Source of the DNA: a virus
Lineage: Duplodnaviria > Caudoviricetes
Length of the DNA stretch: 60,263 nt
IMG/VR virus record: IMGVR_UViG_3300044724_009327
Location: 1-60,263 of that record
Reading direction: 5' to 3' (one strand)
Below the pieces are notes generated by a model. The model was given only the letters and a program-made list of their open reading frames with translations, was not told the DNA's origin and did no database searches. The translations under genes were made by a program, and so were the position numbers. Positions 56,188 through 60,263 of the stretch are shown here, one piece after another (within the stretch, counting starts at the first letter, position 1; each line of letters begins with the position of its first letter).

Positions 56188-57360
56188 GAATCCTAATCTA
56201 TCTACCAACTTAACAGCACCACCCGACTTGTCAACAGCAACGAATCCTTCTGGTTCTGTCACTTCTAGTCCGCCATCAGTCTGTTGGAAAGATCCTATGG
56301 CCATTGCTTGGTTCATTTTCCTCAGCACGAATGCCTTCATGGTCTGTACCGCCCTGTAGAATGTGAGCATGGCCTGTAATGGTTTCTTGGCCCTGTTGAG
56401 GAACACAGGCATCTGTTTCATTTTGTCCTGTCTCAATTGAAGTGCTCGCTGTGCCTTAAGTCCTGACATCTGCTGTTGCATCCTGTCGTTGTAGAATTTC
56501 TTGAATCCTTGCAGGAACCGGTTGGCGTCGTTTGGTAGTTCACCCTCTCTTACCCGGGCGTTGATGTACATCTGGAACATTGGAATGAAGTCCTGGTTCT
56601 GTCCCAGCACACTTGCGAGGTTCCTTGGCACGTTGTTCAAAAGTGCTTCCAGTTTCTCTATGCCATTGTAGAATTGTTTGGTCTCATCATCTGTGAACTT
56701 GGCACTGCCCGACACATCTTTGTATGTTGCATTGTCAAAGAACACGTCGTTGCTTTTGGCAAACGAACTCACATCTGCTCCACCGGATGCTGTCATGTCT
56801 GCGAGTGTTTCTCCGTTGTATGTTGTGTGGAATATGATTCCCACCTTTGCCCTGTCTATCTGTTTTGCTAGGTCACCTTCCTCAGGCACTGCATATGTTA
56901 TTGTGTTGGGAGTGAATGTTAAGTGAGGCTTGCCATTAATGTTCTTTCTTGTGATATCCTCGTCTGTGTAAAGTAAGTCTCCTTGCACGACACCCTGTAT
57001 GTTCAGTTTTTTCAAATGCACTAGACACTTCAACAACTTCTGTCCGAGTTCGTCCGTGCCGTGATTAGTTGCTATATCTTTTTTAGTGTAATTGATCTTG
57101 GCCGACTGTGCGAACACTGACTTGGTTCCAACAAAGAACTTGCCGTTGTCTGGGTTCGTGCCACACACCACAGCAGGTGCACCGTCCCATTTGACCGACA
57201 CACTCATGGCTTCTGAACTTGATCCTTTGAGTGTTAGCAGTAGTCCTCTGAAGTATTCCACAACTGCCTTGCCTCCCTCGTAGCCGTCAGTTATGACTAT
57301 GTCCTCGATGTGTTCAAGGTGTGTCCGTTTAAACTCTGTTAGGACATCTTCTATCAACAT
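56146..57360 (-). CDS. Conserved T4-like phage protein with KxDG motif
   Basis: THLEHIED, SVKWDGAPA, QGDLLY, EGFVA, KLVDR. Confidence 0.65.
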   Translation of the reverse strand: MLIEDVLTEFKRTHLEHIEDIVITDGYEGGKAVVEYFRGLLLTLKGSSSEAMSVSVKWDGAPAVVCGTNPDNGKFFVGTKSVFAQSAKINYTKKDIATNHGTDELGQKLLKCLVHLKKLNIQGVVQGDLLYTDEDITRKNINGKPHLTFTPNTITYAVPEEGDLAKQIDRAKVGIIFHTTYNGETLADMTASGGADVSSFAKSNDVFFDNATYKDVSGSAKFTDDETKQFYNGIEKLEALLNNVPRNLASVLGQNQDFIPMFQMYINARVREGELPNDANRFLQGFKKFYNDRMQQQMSGLKAQRALQLRQDKMKQMPVFLNRAKKPLQAMLTFYRAVQTMKAFVLRKMNQAMAIGSFQQTDGGLEVTEPEGFVAVDKSGGAVKLVDRLGFSRRNLTAVSKFKK

Positions 57361-57362
57361 GA

Positions 57363-57662
57363 TTAGTCCTCTTTGTATTCGCCGTCTTTGATTTTAAGTA
57401 CGTTGTCTTTTACGTCTCTGTTCTCTCTGATACGTGCAACACCTTTGCTGAACTTGGATGCGTCCATGTTCTTCAGTGCTGAATTGAATTTTTTCTCTAG
57501 TTTGAATGCCGTGTCCTGATCGAAGTTCTCTCTTATGTAGGTCATTAGCCTTATTGCTGATTCCAATATGTGAGATGCCCTGCTCTCCACGACCTCTTCC
57601 TTGTCCCTTTTCAGAGGCATTGAGCTCAATTCTTCTAATAAACTTCTAGTATGTTTTTGCAT
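57363..57662 (-). CDS. Hypothetical late protein
   Basis: TAAATA 6 nt before ATG. Confidence 0.6.
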   Translation of the reverse strand: MQKHTRSLLEELSSMPLKRDKEEVVESRASHILESAIRLMTYIRENFDQDTAFKLEKKFNSALKNMDASKFSKGVARIRENRDVKDNVLKIKDGEYKED

Positions 57663-57729
57663 TACTGGTATTTACTCATTATTGTAGCACAATTAAAGCA
57701 AAAGTCTACTGATTTATGTTCAGTATGGC

Positions 57730-58389
57730 TTATTTTAGTTTTCTATATATGAAATACTTACGTTGATTGGTGTCGTCACGTATATCTAGCACTTTTAAAT
57801 TGAAGATCTCTGACAGTTCTATTATGAATGGAACATTCCAAGCATAGAACTCTATCCAATCTGCCTCTGGCTTGTCGTGTTGCACACCCGGGTTGACCCT
57901 GAAGAACATGGTACCACCTTCTGCCAGCAAATCCACACATCTACCGACCTCTGCTATGACCTTGTCCCTGCTACCAAAGTTAACAGAACCCAGACAAAGT
58001 ATCACATCAAATTTCTGATCTGTTTTATATTCTAGTGTGCCTACTTCTATGTCTGCTAGGTCGTTGTAGGGATCGATACCGATGAGGTTATCTATCTTGC
58101 CACGGAATTCGTTGTATCCGCACCCAACATCTAAAACTGCTCTCGGCTTAAGATTGTTTACTTCCTCGATCAGTGCAAGTCCAGAATATTTCCACTTCTT
58201 CATGTCATTTTGCCAATACTTTGAGAAGTATTTGTGTAGGCAGGCATCATCTATGTTTTCTGCGTATTGTTCTAGTGTGTCGCACCTTTTCACATCCACA
58301 CCAAACGTTTCTTTGATGTAAGGTTGTGTTATTTTTGTGAGATCATTCTGTGTGTCCGCTAGAAGTCTAGCAAATATTTTTTTGTTCAT
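57730..58389 (-). CDS. Class I SAM methyltransferase
   Basis: VLDVGCG, FDVILCLG. Confidence 0.8.
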   Translation of the reverse strand: MNKKIFARLLADTQNDLTKITQPYIKETFGVDVKRCDTLEQYAENIDDACLHKYFSKYWQNDMKKWKYSGLALIEEVNNLKPRAVLDVGCGYNEFRGKIDNLIGIDPYNDLADIEVGTLEYKTDQKFDVILCLGSVNFGSRDKVIAEVGRCVDLLAEGGTMFFRVNPGVQHDKPEADWIEFYAWNVPFIIELSEIFNLKVLDIRDDTNQRKYFIYRKLK

Positions 58390-58421
58390 GTACTGATATT
58401 ATATATTAGAAGTATAACGGA

Positions 58422-59078
58422 TCAAACCTTTTTCTTGATCGGCTTTGATAGTATTTCTCTAGTCTTTTCTGTCATCACACCTGTTATAACCAACATTGGA
58501 CGAGGCTTGTTACTGGCGTTTGCTGTTGCGTGTGGAGTGTTCTGCCAGTCGAATGTGTGTATGTCTCCTGTTCTCCATCTGTCAAACTGCTCATTACCAT
58601 ACATAAGAAATTGTCCTGGTTCCCAATCCTGCAACATGACCATTATCCTAATAACTTTGTTAGGGTCTGCATCTAGATCATAAAGTTTATCTATGTGCAT
58701 GTTAAGTACCTCGCCTGTGAACTGTATGTGTAGTTTAGATTTTGTAGATGTCATAGCAAAGAAGTCAGTCATCCTTTGCAGGGTTGGACATTTTGTGAAG
58801 TCTGCCAGACCTCTGTAAATGGTCATCTTGGGATCAGCACCTGCTGTCCTTAGATCATTCTCTTCTGCTTCGACATTCACATTTACATTTTCTCTGCCCG
58901 TGCCTTCCCTACGGTTGCCCCAGTTCAATGGCTTTGCTTCATCGATCACAGATTGTAATTCTGTCTGCCAACCACCTGTAAACTTGCCCAGGTGTTGCAC
59001 ACAGTCAGTGTCCTGGTGCCATTTGTTAAAGTGATAATTGCTTCTTGTTTTTGATTCTTCCCAATTACTTGTAGACAT
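58422..59078 (-). CDS. Putative 2OG-Fe(II) oxygenase (Asp/Asn hydroxylase-like)
   Basis: HxD (MHID)...PHATAN..R. Confidence 0.6.
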   Translation of the reverse strand: MSTSNWEESKTRSNYHFNKWHQDTDCVQHLGKFTGGWQTELQSVIDEAKPLNWGNRREGTGRENVNVNVEAEENDLRTAGADPKMTIYRGLADFTKCPTLQRMTDFFAMTSTKSKLHIQFTGEVLNMHIDKLYDLDADPNKVIRIMVMLQDWEPGQFLMYGNEQFDRWRTGDIHTFDWQNTPHATANASNKPRPMLVITGVMTEKTREILSKPIKKKV

Positions 59079-59646
59079 ACACCTGTATTCCTTTCTGTGC
59101 GTAATTATGTAGTCGTCCTTTGTTAGGGAAACTTATTTCCAATAGCCTGCAAAGGTCCACATTGTCCTTGGGTTTGTGAATTCTTTCTTTATTGTCCTTT
59201 ATGAACTGCATAGTATCTTTGTTCTCCGCTTGTATATGATTCCACATACTGTTCAAGTTTTCGAAGTGTTGGTAGTTGGGGTAGGTGATGTTGAACTCTC
59301 CACACAGTTTCCACCATTCCAAGCACTCGTGATCGTTCCTGTAAACCATGACTATGGGATATCCAAAAGGTCTCAGGTGTTCCAGTTGGTGTGCGAAAGT
59401 ATGAGATTTGACAATACGTTTTCCTGTGCCAGAGAAAGGGCCGTTCCAATCATCAGCATCAAACTCCATACCTGGATCCCAATATGCACCGATGTGCATT
59501 AGATGTTTACGTCCAGGGGTATCGGCATCGTGGTAGTAGGTCCTTGCCTCAGAGTAGTCTGTGTGATCTATGTCATCACTCCAGTAGATGTTCTTGACAA
59601 CACTACTCCACTTTGATCCCGGTGCGCCTGTGAATAGTATGTACAT
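59065..59646 (-). CDS. P-loop/sulfotransferase-like protein
   Basis: TGAPGSKWSS, IVKSH, MVYR. Confidence 0.5.
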   Translation of the reverse strand: MYILFTGAPGSKWSSVVKNIYWSDDIDHTDYSEARTYYHDADTPGRKHLMHIGAYWDPGMEFDADDWNGPFSGTGKRIVKSHTFAHQLEHLRPFGYPIVMVYRNDHECLEWWKLCGEFNITYPNYQHFENLNSMWNHIQAENKDTMQFIKDNKERIHKPKDNVDLCRLLEISFPNKGRLHNYAQKGIQVYVYK

Positions 59647-60263
59647 TATTTGGTCAGCTCTTCCTTGTACACGGCATTGTAGCCCAACTGATTCTTTCCA
59701 AAATCAGACAGTGTTTTCAATGCACCCGGTGTGATGAATGACTTCAGTGTCCTCACCGCGGCATCACCCTCTGCACCTGTTCTCCATTCGTACTTGCCCA
59801 CTTTCTTCTCGATAGCGGCCACTGACTCTGGATCCTTGATCATCTTGTCCAAAGCGTCAACAAGTTTTTGTTTGTTTGGATTGCCTGCGTTCACCCAGAA
59901 TGCTTTCTGTAGTGCATCTCTCCAACTCTTGACAAGTTTGTATGCATCATAGAAGTCACCACTTGGTGCAACTCCGTACGTGGATTCATACAGTGCCTCA
60001 AATGTTGGCTCTGTGAAGTTTGGATCTGCATCATGCTCACCAGTTTTTACATTCAATAGTCCATGATGGAACCATGTGTAAGCATCACCTTTTTCTATTA
60101 CAGGCAACACGTGTTTTTTATATGCGGCAGGGTTTTCCCTTGTAGTATTTAGATCACCTCTAATGAATGCAAGTCTTCTCTCAGATCCTTTCATTCCTTT
60201 TACCCATACTATCTTGTCCTCAAATGTCTTAACTGGATCACCGTTTGGTCCTGTAAGCAACAT
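59646..60263 (-). CDS. TctC/Bug-like periplasmic binding protein (partial at right edge)
   Basis: G-x-KGSERRLAFIRGDL, PTF, L-x2-ALDKMIKDP pattern. Confidence 0.5.
   Translation of the reverse strand: MLLTGPNGDPVKTFEDKIVWVKGMKGSERRLAFIRGDLNTTRENPAAYKKHVLPVIEKGDAYTWFHHGLLNVKTGEHDADPNFTEPTFEALYESTYGVAPSGDFYDAYKLVKSWRDALQKAFWVNAGNPNKQKLVDALDKMIKDPESVAAIEKKVGKYEWRTGAEGDAAVRTLKSFITPGALKTLSDFGKNQLGYNAVYKEELTK

Noticed and set aside
1-60263. CRISPR array, integrase, transposase, intron or intein
   Set aside because: No regularly spaced repeats or such ORFs seen; nrdA, nrdB, thyX and clpX are uninterrupted and of normal length
1-60263. Cellular chromosome origin
   Set aside because: Host-like genes lack their usual operon partners and are interleaved with PAAR, virion-like genes and T4-type late promoters
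1-60263. Stop-codon reassignment
   Set aside because: Standard code gives dense, full-length genes ending in TAA, TAG and TGA

Overview
This window looks like a gene-dense, mostly minus-strand fragment of a large T4-like (myovirus/jumbo) phage genome, probably aquatic with an alphaproteobacterial host (inferred). Phage evidence: T4-type late promoters (TATAAATA), a PAAR protein, virion-like proteins, nrdAB, thyX and many phage-type hypotheticals. It carries many host-like auxiliary genes: a curli-type module (csgF, csgG, curlin-like, FecR), a BtuB-like receptor, Fe-S genes (SufT, SufE, ferredoxin), five radical SAM enzymes, ClpX, ClpS, Hsp20, ribosomal protein bS21 and tripartite tricarboxylate transporter parts. 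Reading outside the ORF track shows a rich non-coding layer: a circularly permuted two-piece tmRNA with an LAA-ending tag, a cobalamin riboswitch, a ROSE-like thermometer, two divergent copies of an unrecognised structured RNA under late promoters, a ~150-nt rod-shaped RNA, DnaA boxes upstream of nrdAB, many apparently leaderless genes and a hidden metallothionein-like peptide. All calls come from manual motif recognition; no database searches or folding programs were run.
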